64,000 bases of DNA from Hormiphora californensis (taxonomy: Eukaryota > Animalia > Ctenophora): positions 4,030,001 to 4,094,000 of the forward strand of contig CM035356.1 in NCBI GenBank assembly GCA_020137815.1, read 5' to 3'. Positions within the stretch are counted from its first letter, which is position 1, and each line of letters begins with the position of its first letter. Of the stretch, positions 62,566 to 64,000 are shown piece after piece. Both the position numbers and the translations under genes were made by a program. The notes under the pieces are model-generated. The model ran no database searches, was not told the origin of the DNA, and saw nothing but the letters and a program-made list of their open reading frames with translations.

Positions 62566-63357
62566 TTAGGCCCTGGAAATTTCGCCTGCAGATCCCTTCA
62601 CTTCCTGCAAATAAAAATAAAGGTGAGGAAATGAAAAAAAGTTGTTTGTGGGGACCAAATGTGGGGCCCATCGGATGATAAAGAGGGCAAACGTAAATTA
62701 TAGAAAAAATTCCTAGCTGTGAAACGTATTGTCCCAGTTTATCAAATCTATTTTCTAGTTTCTCTAGTTTACCTCAAGAGTTGTTATGTTCTAAGCCTGA
62801 TCGTGATCGTGAAACACAGTCTAGCTAAGCAACTCAAGAGCTCAAGGCTCAACCAATAAATTGGGGCAATAACCTACCTGTGCTTCTTGGACCAAAGCAA
62901 GAAGTCCACAGCACCATAATGTGAGAATATCGTTCAACATATCGCCCTGAGGGTGAGATAACGTTATTTTCTAACCCTCTTTTACATTTGCGGTGAGACA
63001 GGGTTAGAAGGCACCATCTCATACAATTGGGGGGGGATAATTGCCAATTATTAATATTAATTGGTCTCTCACTCTCTGAACTAAATCAAATAGGCAATAT
63101 TAAACAATTCGTATAGTACCTCCATAGTACCTCATTACCTCAATTCCTCGGGACTCTCGGATGTTCTTCCTCATCATAATTCGAAGGTAGATGTTGTAGC
63201 AGGGAACAAACATGAAAAGTCCTCCAAGGAAGCAGCTTTCAACTAATCCAGCCGCAACAGCATTTTCTCCAAAAGTGACACAGGGAAAGAACATAGTGAT
63301 TGCCAAAGTTCCGATGTCATCAAAACATCCACAAATTCCGTGTTTCCATTCAGCCAT
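62566..63357 (-). CDS. Second PLAC8/cornifelin-family protein, 3 exons
   Basis: The spliced product is MAEWKHGICGCFDDIGT..FPCVTFGENA..MRKNIRESRGIE/GDMLNDILTLWCCGLLALVQEAQ/EVKGSAGEISRA*. Confidence 0.92.
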
Positions 63358-64000
63358 GATTCGCAGTTATTTCTATGAAAATTATAAAAGATGTTTTTAC
63401 AATCTAACATTTACATAAACATGATAAAAGTCAGCCACTGACAAATTGAGGTAAAATCCCGGTAAAATTAATTAGGGTAATCAGTAGTAGCGAAACATGA
63501 AACTGAAGAATGCACACACTCGCATGTTTATTGTTTAGTTCAAAGCTACCTCGAAAGTCGACAGTGGATGGGAGAAGTCAGGGAAGGCGGGATGCCGCTG
63601 GAATTCCTGTTGCCATGATCATCTTCCTCCGCAAGCAATTTGATTCTGGTGAATGTTTAGTTAGTGCGCGCCGCGCATCTCGGGAGGAAACCAATAATTC
63701 CGCGCGTTACATACAGAATTCAGTTAAGTTATTAAACGCCAAACATTAGCAGGCTCAGATCGGGTCGGCGCCGCCAGACAGGGCGCCACCAATAGTGGCA
63801 CCAGACAGGCTCTATACCAAGTAAATATCGTTGATGACCATTGTCCAATTCCATGATACCGAAGACAGTAAAAATCGTTTATTTTGGGGGAGGTAATACA
63901 AACTAATCTTATGATACAAAATTTACAATAGTGAAACAACAGTGTACTTCCTCTATCTATCGTTTTGACTCAACCAAGACCGTCTTTTGTGGAAGACATG

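Overview
This is eukaryotic, intron-rich animal DNA. It is most likely from a ctenophore, inferred from the compact genes, antisense genes nested in introns, an LDLa-7TM receptor with a near-single-exon coding region, and unpaired splice acceptors before start codons. A co-oriented + strand run holds PLAC8-like, delta-tubulin (TUBD1), HELQ helicase, two giant low-complexity structural-protein genes (~2,190 aa Gly-X-Y/PQ-repeat; ~1,077 aa ultra-Cys-rich) and an OCA2/P-protein transporter. Six genes or gene copies lie antisense inside its introns: a six-EF-hand calmodulin-like gene, a Chapaev/RAG1-N-terminus-like zinc-finger gene, an LDLa-GPCR and its partial duplicate, an orphan multi-exon gene and an Ig-like type I membrane protein. 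Flanking - strand genes encode an SOS-type histone-fold protein, a secreted orphan and a second PLAC8. Repeats include a 32-bp satellite with a strand flip, CR1 LINE fragments, several MITE families, a Helentron-like insertion, a tRNA-derived SINE and minisatellites built from splice sites or stop codons. The main candidates for new biology are the giant structural-protein pair, a possible trans-spliced operon-like + strand unit, a decoy 3' splice-site array in OCA2, and a MITE-end-associated GPCR duplication with a hypervariable ectodomain. Several single-base frameshifts are probably assembly errors. All exon structures were assembled by eye.
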